Assembly: GCF_001194135.2 (NCBI RefSeq)
Contig: NC_068982.1
Location: 166,693,567-166,754,063, forward strand
From: Octopus bimaculoides
Lineage: Eukaryota
Length of the DNA stretch: 60,497 nt
Reading direction: 5' to 3'
Made by a program: the position numbers and the translations under genes. Under the pieces are notes generated by a model, which was given only the letters and a program-made list of their open reading frames with translations, did not search any database and was not told where the DNA came from. Shown piece by piece: positions 26,338-40,500 of this stretch. Within the stretch, counting starts at the first letter, position 1. The number at the start of each line of letters is the position of its first letter.

Positions 26338-29300
26338 TTGTACAAATGCAAAACAAAAGTCAAACATAAAATAATAATAATAATAATAATTTTTCAGGCC
26401 TCTTTTTGTCAGTTAACTTCTTTTTCTCTTTTTTGGTATCCACCTGAAATTCTTTTCTCATAATTTTTGGCTCTCAAACTTCTCATTTGATTTTTTGATA
26501 AATGTTTTTGTTGTTGTTGTTCCTGTTAATTTTGTTATTGCCATTGTTGTTATAAATCATAATGATGATATAAAACTTCATTTCCTTGATGTTATTGTTG
26601 CTTTTTGTTAATTATTTGATTATCCACACCCAGAAATGCCAAGATTCTCTGTAGATTATTATATAGTCAAGATAGGCAATGTTCAAATTTGCATACCTTC
26701 TTTTTTTTTGTCTTTTTTTGCTATATTTCTGCCAGTGTTGTCTCCAGACTATAAACTATGACCTTAAAAGTTATGATGTTTTCTTTTTAAGTCTTATTTT
26801 TAATCATGGAAAAGTACAGAAACAATGCTTCAAGATGCAGTTAACCCTCTTGTAACCATATATTTGTTGAAATATACTTGTTGTTGTTGTTGGCACTCTG
26901 TCGCTTACGACGTCGAGGGTTCCAGTTGATCCGATCAATGGAACAACGTGCTCGTGAAATTAACATGCAAGTGGCTGAGCACTCCACAGACACGTGTACT
27001 CTTAACGTAGTTCTCGGGGATATTCAGCGTGACACAGTGTGACAAGGCTGACTCTTTGAATTACAGGCACAACAGGAAGTAAGAGTGAGAGAAAGTTGTG
27101 GTGAACGAGTACAGCAGGGTTTGCCACCATCCCCTGCCGGATCCTCATGGAGTTTTAGGTGTTTTCACTCAATAAGCACTCACAACGCCCGGTCTGGGAA
27201 TCGAAACCGCGATCCTATGACTGCGAGTCCGCTGCCCTAACTACTGGGCCATTGCGCCTCCACATCTGAAATATACTACCTATGTTTCAACTAATTTTGG
27301 AAATACTGAAGAATTTAGTAAAATAATAGTTATTATTAAGTTAGTGTTTAAAACATAAATTAACTTGAAATTTTGATGGAAGGCTTTGATTTAGATAACT
27401 TTAGACAGGAAATTTGTTATCAGAAAACCAGATGTAGTCTCAGGTAGGTTGGTATCAGGAGGGTTCAGACACTATATTTTATATGCCTCAGTTTCATCTT
27501 CCTGTTAGATAAGGGCATCAATACACTAGCATTTTATCCATGACAAAATGTGTCACTTATTCTATAAATACTTCATAAATTAGAGCTAAATGCAAATGTC
27601 CTGGATACCTTAAGATTGAAGAAAATGACTAACTCTCTTTTTTTGTTGTTAATCATAATTTTTCAAAAATACTAAAAAAAAAAAATTGGGTTTTGAGTAA
27701 TTCTAGCTGGAATTTCTTTAATTTTATATATAAATAGGAGTGGAAGTCATATTGGGAAGATCTGTGTTTGAAGTAGATGTGGAATGAAGCTTTAGAGTCA
27801 GCGTGTGATGTAGGTGTGTAAAATAGATACTGAAGGTGAAGAAGGTTCATGTGAAGATATAAATAGTAGCAGCATGTCTTCATGGAAAGTTTGTGTAAAA
27901 TATTCTAGTTGTTGTTGAATGCCATGTCAGCTCTGATCAAACAGACATGATGAAAGGAATAGTGTATTTTAGGTGGAAGACTGAATTGCCCAGTTTAAAC
28001 CACCACCTGGTCCTTCTGGTCTTTAGATGTCTTTAGCAGAGTACACTCTGTTACAAGCATTTGGATTAGGTCTGGTTTGAGGATAACTTCTCCCCTCCCT
28101 CCCACCGGCCTTGGAGGCTCTGTAAAGGATCATGGATATTACCTTTCCTTGTGACTAAAAGAAAATAATCTAGGACTTGATTATCTAATGTGTCCTTTAT
28201 TTTTGTTTTAAAGCAATGGCGTGTGGTATGAGGGAGATTTGGTTGGTATTTCTAGCTGATTGAGTGACCTTGTAGAAGCTCCATCACTTAGATATCCGCT
28301 ATATAAAAAAAAAATGAAATGCTATATATTTTATATTAAAATTATTTGAGAAATATCTGAGTGGAAAAGATTGTATAGAGTCATCATATAGATAAATATG
28401 GAAGACATACCTGAGAGATACTTATGGAATGTCTGTGGATGGTTTAAGGAGATTAAGTAAGAAAGATTTGTGTAAAAAGACTGTTTGAAAGGCCTGTGGT
28501 TGAGAAAGATATGAAAACTATGTGTGAAGTATGTGTTAAGGAGTAGTTAGGCAAAGAAGCTTTTTGGAAAATCAGTGTGATGTATATGTGTTAAAGGTAA
28601 AGACTATATCTTAAAGATGCAAAGAAGATGAAGAGGGAAAGGAAGAAGATATTAACAGGAATTAATAATGGAAGGAAATATCAAAAGGGAAATATAGATG
28701 GAAAGAAAGGGTACAGGAAAGAAGCTGAGCAGAATAGTACAGAAAGGAAAAGTGGAAAGTAAAAAGCAATGAAGAGTGTTCTATATTTCTATCTATCCCA
28801 TTAGACTATTAAAGGGAACCAATGAGGAAGCTTTTATGTGATCGTACAACACACTACTAGAAAGAGAAGCCAAATATGCTTCAAATCACACGTTGTTGTC
28901 ATCAATAAGGAAAGGACACATTAGGTAATGTAGTCTCACAAACCCTTAAAAAGACAGGATGGTCACTGCTGGAATACTTTCAATCATGGTTGACCTGGTG
29001 CTAAATAACAACAAAAACGGCAGCAGCAGCAATGGCAACAACATTAAAATCTGTGTCTTTTATTTTGGAGTATCTTCTCCAAAATGCAAAACCTGTATAA
29101 AGTGTTTTGGGAGAAAAATTTGAGGTTGTCAACACCACTGATTTGTTTTCCTCTTTTACAGCAAGGGCATAATTCACAGAGTGGGAAAGGCAATTGCTTA
29201 TATATCTTGCTATAATTGATATCACAGGAGTTTCCATAATGGCATCATTGACATTGTTAAGTTGTTTTAGAAGTTGTGTCTCTGTAATTTAGTAATCCTG

Positions 29301-32300
29301 GCAAGAGTTGAAACAGGGATTTGAACCAACAAAGGATCCTCAATGTAATCACTTGACCTATGAGAAGTGACAAATCTCCCTCAAATCCCATCCTGCCATT
29401 CCAAATAAAGGATATCTTGCATAATGTAGACGTAGATATCTCTGAAAAAGATGAAGTGATCAAGATGGGATATTTTTAATCATAAATCTACTCATTCAGA
29501 GATGACCTGGGGTTAAATAATAACTACAACTTACAATGGTTACACTTTTATTAGAATTTGTGATAGAATTGCAATCTCTTTCATCCACAAGTGAGAAAAC
29601 TCTTTAGTATTCAAACCAGCAATATCCAGTCTAAATATGCTACCTCCTTTATGTTCAAGCCAGCCAAATCCAGCCCTTTACACATACCCCACAATATCAT
29701 TCCTAAAGTTAAGAGGCACATCGTGGAAATCTCACAGCTATGAGATAATGCATGACTAATTCAAAATGAGGTGAATAAATAAGCATTAAGTTTGACAGAG
29801 TAGTCTGAATACTAAAAGGTTAAACTCAGCAAGAAAGGGTAGTGATGAGAGAAAATGTGAAATGAAATGGCACTTAAAATCACATGTAGGGTATTTATGA
29901 ATAGTCTGATAACTCTTTTGAGTTGTTTTCCCATCACTAGAGACACATTGTTCTCTTAATGATTTATCATTACCTTCTCCAGGTTTCAGATGGGGTCTTC
30001 AGCTGAGCACAGCTAGCAAATGAAACACTCATTCCATAATGTTCCTGTTGATTGACTACCTTATTGAACTCTACAACATTGTGGTACCTACAAATGTTAG
30101 AGCTAGATTCAAATGTCTAAGACACAACCACAACATGCTGGTTGATATAGGATTATATACTGTCAACCTCTCAGCTGGTTGTTGTCTGGTGCTTGATTCA
30201 GTCATCTGAACTACAACGTAAGAGAAGTATTCTAAAGACTTATGAAGTTTATAATACTGACGTGTGTATATAATTTTTGTGTATAATTATAGGATTTATG
30301 CTGATTATGTATTTAGTATTATTTATTTATATTTGTAATGAATTTTGATAAAAAAATAATCTTTATAATAATATTGTTATTACTTCGTTATTTTCTATTG
30401 ATAATTCTATTAGACTGAGTTAGCATTTATTTATTTAGAACATTTAGTAAATGAAGTTGAATACTATATAAACAGAAGGCATGAGAGGGAATGGTGGACG
30501 AAGTGTCTGAAATGAATAAGAAAGTATGGCAAGGAAAACTGTGGAAGGAAACAGTGGAAAAATAAATAGCAAGACGTATTTGTTGCAAATATGAAAACAA
30601 CATTTTATCTTTGACAAATACCATTTTCTCTGCACAACATATTTATTTCTAGATAGCTTTATATTATATGGTCCATGCATTAAATATGTTAACATTAACA
30701 TAGCTATTGTGTTTCATGTGGCTGAAATCTTTGAATTATTTTATTTTAAAATTATTCTATTTCCTTACACTAACAAATACACAACCTTGAACATTTACTT
30801 TGTAATTCTTTCATCATTATTTAAGCAAATCTAGTGAAGGCTATGCTTTGCTGATAAAGTCAGAATAATGTCAAAACATAGGTGAAGTTCTGTCCAACGT
30901 TTTGCTGAGAAATAAAAACAATCATAATAGTCACTGATGTGATTAGAATGTCACAGGAAAATATTGCAAGTTGGATCCTTCAAGCCATATCTATCAGAAG
31001 AAAACCTAGGAGAAGACCAAAAATGGTTTCAAAATCATCATTTAATATTCATTTTCCATGCTGGCATGAACTGGACAGTTTGACAGGAGCTGCCAAGTCA
31101 GAAGACTGTACCACACCCTACTGTCTGCTCAGGCATGGCTTTTATGACAGAATGCCTTTTCTAATGCCAACCACTTTACAGCAGCAGTGAGTTCACCAAA
31201 TAATTTACAACAAGACCCCTTAACTGAATGATGGAGTAGGATTGAAGAAGGTAGCATTGTGACAAGTGAGAGGTTAGAGTATGAGTAGAGGAACAGAAGT
31301 AGATAAGACAGTAAAAGAGACACTGGCTTCCTCAGTAGGGGGAAGAAAAGAGAGTGAGAGGAAGAGAAGAGAGAGAGAGAGGAGGAGAGGAGAAAGGAGT
31401 GTATAAAAGTGAAGTGGAACCAAGGATTGGATAGGGTGAGTTTGCAAAATTGCAAAAGGGGAGTGAAAGGTAGAAGGGCAGGAATGTAGTGAGTGGACAG
31501 AAATAAAGGTGGGGGTTGTTGGGAGGATGGGTGAAAGAGGGGAGTGGAGTACAATAGATGGTGGGTTGGATAATATCCATAGTCTCAGTTGGCCATGCTT
31601 AGGAATCCAGCTGAAAAGTCTAATGACAGTTGCTTCTGATAGGCTCCTATGGAGAAAGGTGCATGAAGACTCAGTCTCTCCATGACCCTCTCAGGAATAG
31701 TGGACAGAGAAGATGGATGGATAGCCATTGATTTATAGGATTTTTCTCTCCACATTTATCTAATTCTAGTGTTTTAATCATGATGATGATCATCATCATG
31801 TTGGCATGGGTTGAGGGGTTTGACTGAAAACTGGTTAGCCAGGGAGCTGCACCAGGTTCCAATCTGATTTGGCATGGTTCAGATTAGTATTTTAATGATG
31901 CCTGTGTTAAATATGTAAATGCTGAATTAAAGGCTTGAAAATATGAAATTGAAACTATAAACCAAGAAGAAAAAGTAAAAATGAATTGTGGAAAACTTTG
32001 CCTAATGATTGATACTCCTCTTGCTTTCATTTCTTTTCTTTATTTTTTCCAGCTTGATGTGAAGAGTTCTGCAAATCAAGTTGAAACCTATACTATGGAA
32101 CTGAACAGTTATTTGGAAACAATTAATTTTACTGTTGAAAACAAGACAGCTGTTCCAACAGCCCAAGTTTATGTAGGTGTTGTTGCTTGTTTGTTGTATG
32201 TCTTCTAATTATAGCACTGGGGATTCCTCAAAGGGAACACCACTGTATCGTTTGGTCTGAAATTTTGTTTTTATGTGAGTGTATGTGCACTTGTGTGTGT

Positions 32301-34465
32301 GTGTGTGTGTGTGCACACGAGTGTGTAATTATCTTCTATATGTATACATATCTATATGTATACATATATACATACACTCACACACATAAACATACACCGT
32401 AGTGATCAGATGTGTGTAATTATCTTTTATATGAACCCAACAATGGGCAAGTTTGAGCTACAAAATTCAGGTAAGATTACACACAGGCATTTTTACATAA
32501 GAATTTACTCAATAACATACTTACACATAAACTAGCCATGCAACACTTATTGAATGATGGTAACTTAATATGCTCATTTCAATACAATTTCAGAACTCAA
32601 ACAATTAGAAAGGAAAAAATTGCAGGCTATGAATAACTTTAAAGTTTAATCATAGCGAAATGTGTTAGAACTTCTGAAGAACAACCCCTTCTATTTAATA
32701 TTCTTTTCTACTTTAGGCACAAGGCCTAAAAATTTGGGGGAGGGGGCTAGTCAATTAGATTGACCCCAGTATGCAATTGGTACTTAATTAATCAACCCCA
32801 AAAGGATGAAATGCAAAGTCAACCTTGGTGGAATTTCAACTCAGAATGTGGCAACAGATGGAATACTGTTAAGCATTTCACTCAGCATGCTAACATTTCT
32901 ACCAGCTTGCCACCTTCCATCTATTTAATATTAGATATATATTGAAAGTAAACAGAGAAATTATCATAACTCAACACATCTGTCTTCTTCATCTTCATCT
33001 TGACTGTACCCATTGTATGCTTTGGAATTATGAACTTAATAAGCAATTATATGAATTATGCATACAATCTGAACCTAAACACTTTGGATTTATGCAAAGA
33101 GTAAAACTTAGTGGGATATCAAACAGCCAAAATTGGACCATAGTGCAAAACCTCTAAATGGAAAAGGAGCCCATCCACCCTTCAACAGGTCTTATTTTTA
33201 GTCCTGCTGTGTGTCCAGATACCCACCTTACAAGAGTAGCAAGCTACTCAAGCGTGGGAGCCAGTTTGGTTGTGAACCACTTGACCATGGAACTGGTAGT
33301 ACTAGTTTACATGGTACCAGTAACAGGTTTCATCAGTCTGTAATAAAATCCTTGACCTGACAATATTGAACAACTACTTTTTACACGTGCCACGAAGGCG
33401 ATACTGGGCACAGGTAATTAACAAAATAAGAAAGAAATATAAGGAACCATAGAAACATGGCTATAGCATGGCTGTACTACCAAAAAGCCCTTTGACAGTA
33501 CACCACATGAGTGAATTATCCCAGCACTGCAATTAGCTAAAGTTCCCGTACCTCTAGTAGCTGCCATCCACCATCTAACCCAAAACCAATACAGCTCCCT
33601 ACTCCTTAGAGGTGACAACAAAGACATCAAATTTGCCACTATATGCCATAAAAAAGCATCTGTTAGAGTAATAGTTTGTGAGTACTACTCTTTGTTCCCT
33701 CATTAAACCTCTTACCATATGTAATCACAAAATATTGCAACTATAGGAATAGCTCCATCACTCGCCTTTTCTTTGTCGATGACCTGAAGCTGTATGGGCC
33801 AAGTGTTAACCACATCAAAATGTAACTGGACCTTCATAACCCAGTTCTTTAAAGACAATGCAATGAAATTTAGTGAGTTCAAATGTGCATTTCTGGCATT
33901 AAAATGTGGGGAACTTGTGCCCCTCTCCAAGACACTAAACATGAATTACCTAATGCCAATAACAATGGAACAATAAAATAATTTATGTCATGGTAAAGTA
34001 TAACTATTTAGAAATATCAAATCTAAAATACAACCCCACCCACAAAGATTAGATAAACAAAATCTTCTGTGATTTTAGATAGAGAATAACAATTTATAAA
34101 GTAGACAGAATGAAAAATTTAGTGAAATAAGATATGAATGATATGATTAGAGGCTGCATCGACAACAACTACTGAATTGACCAATGAAAAACAGAACAGA
34201 CAATTAATTAGCAAATGAAACAACAACAGCCTGTATACAATGCCTTGATAGTAGATCAACATCAGAAACTAGTCAATGAAACTATTGCCATAGAAAAAAA
34301 GTGATCTTGCTCCAATGCAGATAAAACTAATTCAAATGCTGAAAGAAGAAAGTTCTTGATTAAAGATCATAGTAGCATGAAATTAAAGATGAGAAAAAAG
34401 AATTAATTTCAAATTATATATTCATCATGAATTGAGTATTGTGTCCCACTTTCATTAAGCATCTG

Positions 34466-34532
<67 letters not shown>

Positions 34533-37500
34533 TGCACATGCACACACGTTTACATACTTACATTCAACTACTTGTTTACAAATGTAAACTATGATATGAA
34601 TGTTTATATTAGATATTTAGTTATCTATACATCCATCTATCTATTTACATATCTCTGTGTGTCTGTCTGTTTATCTATTAGTTTGTCTTCTTGATTGTTT
34701 ATCTCTTTTTCACTGTGTCCATTTGTCTTTAAATGTGCATGTGTATGCATTTAATTCTATGTGAATGTGTGTCTATCTGTCTCTCATCATATTTTTGTCT
34801 CTCCTCTATCACACATTTGTCTAGAATTTGCAATTTTAAGACATTATTAATAAAAAGAAATAAGGAAATCATAAATGAATAATATAAGAACAACAACAAC
34901 AACAAAATAATTTACCTACTTCATCTCTACAGAATCAATGATATAGTATAGTTAGAATGAAAGCTTGTGGTGAAAGAAGACAAAAATTTAGAATTCAGAA
35001 TTTTCCAGGAATTGAAAATGCTTATAAATTTAATCACTAAGATAACTTCATATGACAGCTATATAAATTTGAAGGATGTAATGATAACATTCCAACTTCC
35101 TCCAACAAGATAAAAAAATGGATAGATAGATAAATAAATAAATAAATAAATAAAATCAAACGTTTTTACTCAGTTACAAATTACCTTTTGTATTTTTTTC
35201 TTTGTAGGATATGGGATGGGAGGGCTATTTAAAAATTTACATTTTTGCATAACTTTGAGGAATCTTAACAAAAAAACTTGCCAATAACTGTCCAAACATG
35301 CAAGTCTTGATGCTTTGTTTCTATTTGGTTGTTATTATATTGTTAGTTCAAAGAAGGGAAGTTAGGTGCTTGAAAAATTTAAGGGTATTCTTGCCTGGCA
35401 TGAGATTAGATATAATGATGTCTAGATGCCCATTTGTTGAAGTTGTTAAAGGCTTCTGTCTGAATGAAAAATAAACATGTGGATGGAAAAGAAAAGGCTG
35501 TTCTGGAGAAAAGATGGATAGAATAGTGTTAGCATGAAGAAACAAATAAAGAGGTGAGGATACTGAGTTCAATTTAAAATGTTTACAAATTGGAATTAAT
35601 TAGTTTGTCATGAGAAAGAGAGGAAGCTTGATGTTGTATGCAGAGAAAAATTTTGAAGAAAAATTGTTTCCTGATATTGCTGAATATAGACCTGAAGCTG
35701 TTTCTAGCAGTCGAGTGTCCATCACTGAAAAGACCAAAGAAGTTCAAAATCATGTGATTACATAGTCTTAGTGCTGATGGTGGCAGGGATTTATCTTCCC
35801 TGTTAGCAATATAGATAAGAGGGCCTTTTGCTCCAAAAGCCAATATGAGAGATTTCCTCATGGTAACTACCACAGTAAAGTTTGTTCTATAATCACTCAG
35901 TATTAATACTGCCTCTGTCACTAATAGATATGAAGATAGTAAGTTTAATGAAACAAAAGCTGTTGTTGTAGTGATACAAGAAACTAAAAGAAGGCAGATA
36001 CAAGTCAAAGGTTACTGGGATCATTATTCTAAAAAAAAATGTTTGAAAAATTGTCAGATGGATGACATTAATCTATTGAGACTAGATTTAGCTTGGTCAT
36101 ATTCAACATCTTCTATGGTATATATAACAATCAAAAATTTGAAGGGACAAGGCTTAAGTAAAATGAAATGGCTCAACCAGAAATAAGATAGGCATTCAGA
36201 AATAGATTTTTCGGAGGAAGATTTCTTTTTGTTTATTCATTAATTAATTTTACATTTGCTTTTCTGTGCTAGTATGGGTTTAATGAATAGATATCAAGGT
36301 ATTGTTATATATATATATATATGTATGTATTGTTTCATTGCAGCCACAATTTATTCATCTGGCCCAGTTGTGGAATTATTTACAAGAGGAAATGGTACTT
36401 CTGAGTGTATTCAGCAATGTGGCAACTTCTCTGGGTTCTTTCTCAAAAGTAAGTATTTATATATGTGTTCACTTCATTATCATTGTAATCATCATCATCG
36501 TCACCATCGTCGTCATCATCATCATCATTTAATATCCATTTTCCATGCTGATGGTTGGATAACAACTGGCAAATCAGAAAACTGCATCAAACTCTACTCT
36601 CTATTTTGGTATGATTTTGTATGAGTGGATGCCCTTCTTAACATCAACCACTTTATAGTATGTACTGGGTGTTTTTTACCTGGTGTCAGCAGCAGCAATT
36701 ATTATTGGTTTTATTCAAAACACCTTCATGTTCAAAGCATATCATTTGCATTTATGTTGTTTTTTTATTTATAAGGTCACACTGTAGCTTTTCATCATCT
36801 GGCACAAGATCACCTCCACCAGTACCCCACCCTCTCAAAGGATCTTTGTCTTGCAAGTTACTTGGTCACCCTACCAGTGTTGGCGCCATGTATAAAGCAT
36901 TCAGTCCACTCTACAAGGTGGTTGGTGTTAGGAAGGGCATCCAGCCCCCCCCCCCCAAAAAAAAACATGCCAAAACAGACACAAAACTCTGGTGCAATCT
37001 TCTGCCTGGCCAGCTCCTGTAAAACTGTCCAACCCATGCCAGCATGGAAAGTGGATATTAAACAACAACAATCATGACAACAATGATGATGAAGGTAGTC
37101 TGAAAAAGGAAGAGGCATTGCCAATATTCCTAGACTAGTAAGATGGAATCGGTTGATAGTTCCCTTCAACAGCTATGGGATAGAATTCCAAAGGGTTACA
37201 CTTCTAATGGTGTAAGACTGACTAAAGTGATTATTATAGAAGCTGGATGTGAGACACAGTAGATGATGGTTTTGGAAAGAAGAGTATTCTACATGTACCT
37301 TAAGAAATTCTTTGAAGAACTGCAAATATAATTTATTATTTTTAATGCTTTTAGTTATTGGACCGTACCCATTCAGGAGTATTACCTTCTAATGTATAGT
37401 CAATTATATCAATCTCAGTAATTATCAGGCCATTAAGAATGAAATGTCCAATTTTCTTATGCACCAAGTTTGACAGTCGTTAACTCTAATGTTTTATCCT

Positions 37501-40500
37501 GACAATTCTTTGTTTTACAACATTGAAGAGTTACATCATCACTTTTCAAAATGCAATTCATGGTGTCTGATTATATTGTGAGTTTTCTCTTGTAAATCAA
37601 TTCTTGCAATCCCCTGGATAGATCAAAACTTCGTGTTGTTTATGAATATGAGTTCCATCTTGGAACCAGTGCATCTCAGACAGCTTCAAACATCAATGAG
37701 GTGTTTGGTGAAGATGTGGCGATGTATGTTGATGGTTTGAGAAGTTCCGGTCTGGTGACTTTACTCTTGAAAATCAGCCCTACGGTAGACCTGAGACCAA
37801 GGTGGATAATGATGAGTTGTGAAACTGTAGTGGAAGTAGATACATCTCAAACTATATGTGAGTTAGCAGCAACATTTGATGTTTCGGTTCCAACTGTATT
37901 GGGTCATCTGAAAGAAATTGGCAAGGTAAAGAAGCTGGACAAGTGTGTACCACACGAACTGAATGAGCATCAAATGAGACATCGTCTTGAAACTTGCCTA
38001 AAAGCAAACCATTTTTGCATCATATTGTCATGAGTGATGAAAAATGGACCCTTTTCAACAATAGCAAGCGTTCTGCATGGTGGTTGGATAGAGATGAAGT
38101 GCCAAAACACAATCCAAAAAAGAATATCCACCAGAAAAAGTTAATGGTGTCTGTTTGGTGGTCCAGCGCTGGTGTCATCCACTACAGCTTCATGAGACCT
38201 GGTAAGTCAATTACAGTGGATGTATGCATCAACCAATTAGATGAAATGATGAGTGAACTTGCAATTAAAAAAACCGAGATTGGTCAATAGAGACAAGCCA
38301 ACTCTCTTGCAAGACAATGCTCAGCCACATGTTACACAAAGAACACTACTCAAATTATAGGAACTGAACTTGGAAGTACTCTGTCATCCACCATATTCAC
38401 CAGATCTTGCACCAGCTGACTACCACTCTCTGAGTGGTTGGCGTTAGGAAGGGCATCCAGCTGTAGAAACTCTGCCNNNNNNNNNNTTTCATGATTTAAT
38501 CACCTCTTGCCCTCCAGAATTCTTTGCTGCCAGCATAAATAAGCTATCAATAAAATGGCAAAATTGTGTTGATAATTTAGGTGCATACTTTAATTAACTG
38601 CATTACTTTTTGCTAAGATAAAGTAAAATAAACTTTCAGTTCAAAATTGGATATTTCATTCTTTAATGACTTGATATTTTACCACTTGATGCTTATTTCA
38701 TTGGTGAAAAGTCAAAAGTGGATCTGAGCCGGACTTGAAGTGACTATGTAACTAAACATATAAGGTGCTTTTGTCCAACATTCTACTAATTCTACTTTTT
38801 CTCTTTCTCTCTCTCTCCTTCACACACACACACATACACACACACTACATTACTGTCTTCAATCCTAAGACTCTTAGAGCTAGGTGCTTGCTTTCCATTA
38901 TGTTATAAGTGAACAAGATCACAACACTCTCCCAGAATGGACTGGAATGATATAAAATGAAGTGTTTTCCCCAAGAATATGATGCACTGCTGAACTGGGA
39001 AAGCAGTCAACACTTTTAGTTAGAGTTGTAAATATGTAGTTATTTAATAACAAGTTGACTCAGTTCCAACATTACTTAAAGTTTCTCAGATGTACAGAGT
39101 CAGAGTTGTAACGAACCCAACTGGAGAGAAAGGGAAATAAATGAGAGTTGCATTTCTTACTTCACTACAGGATATTCTGGAATAGGCTGCAACTTCCAGT
39201 AGGAGTGCTGACAGGTTGCATTGCCACTGATTGATATAAAAAGCGAAGTATCGTGAAATTCTCTTTCTTCCTCTTCTTGCCTGGCTCAGACACACACAGC
39301 TAACCTGATGTCTCGGACTTGCAACAAGGAGCTCTATATTAGCAGCCTTTAGATAAAACAACATGTTTATATATATCTACACTGTATTCTATGCATTCAC
39401 CTTTGTACCATTCAAGTTGATATAAATATAGCATGTATTCAGAAACTGTCAGAATATACCATTTGGAAAACCCACATGCCATTCACTAAAGAGTGAAGAG
39501 AATTTAAAAGAACTTTTTAATGGCTTCTAGGTGAGAATATTTAGGCCTATATTGGTCAGTTTAGTTCATTGGTTAAGCAGCAACTGTTGTTGCTTCTATT
39601 ATGTGCTCCACAAGGTAGAGCAGACAGTATATTAATATTTGGTAGCCAAAGGATTGAGGGATTGGACACTAAACTCCACTTGCGAAGACCTGTTGAGGCA
39701 AGTGAAATCGAAATCGAGTTAAATTGGACACTAAACTCCACTTGCAAAGACCTGTTGAGGCAAGTGAAATCGAAATCAAGTTAAATTCGACGACTGGCAC
39801 CCATGCCAACATCGTCTCCTTCATTGGACACGAAACTCAGCTTGCGAAGACTTATTGGGGTAAGTGAAAGCGAAATGGTGATGGCACTTGTGCCCAGCGT
39901 CGCCTTTCTGGCACTTGTGCCCACGGCATGTGTAAGGACTTTCGAGCGAGATCGTTGCCAGTGACTGGCTCTTGTGCGGGTGGCACATAAAATACACCAT
40001 TTTGAGCGTGGCCGTTGCCAGTACCGCCTGACTGGCCTTCGTGCCGGTGGCACGTAAAAGCACCCTCTACACTCTCTGAGTGGTTGGCGTTAGGAAGGGC
40101 ATCCAGCTGTAGAAACTCTGCCAAATCAGATTGGAGCCTGGTGTAGCCATCTGGTTTCACCAGTCGTCAGTCAAATCGTCCAACCCATGCTAGCATGGAA
40201 AGCGGACGTTAAACGACGACGATGATGATGATGATGTGTGTGTGTATGTATGTATGTATGTAGGTAGATAGGTATGTGTGTGTGTGTGTACACATGCATG
40301 TGTGTGTGTGTGTGTGTGTGCACATGCAGGTGTGTGTGTATATGAATATTAATATGAATATATATATGTGTATAAAGAAGAGAAAAGTTGAAAATAAACT
40401 TGGAGTCTTTAAAAAGATTTACTTATATTTACATAACAAGTTTCACAATTTCCAGGAGTAGTGAGATATAGAACAACCTGGATCTGTGCCATATTGGTGT

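Noticed and set aside
27190-27266. tRNA genes here and at 1640-1703, 2440-2515, 3257-3325 and 57036-57091
   Set aside because: A/B boxes are present but each runs into a SINE body; no closed acceptor stem or terminator was seen.
35350-36200. Purine-rich stretch with short protein-like frames; similar regions at 27650-28800, 29230-29480, 41270-41700 and 53560-54540
   Set aside because: Probably very old LINE or DNA-transposon debris, but no motif was clear enough to call.
39660-39880. CRISPR-like repeat array
   Set aside because: Adjacent 62-bp tandem units without unique spacers, inside a eukaryotic LINE 3'UTR; no cas genes.
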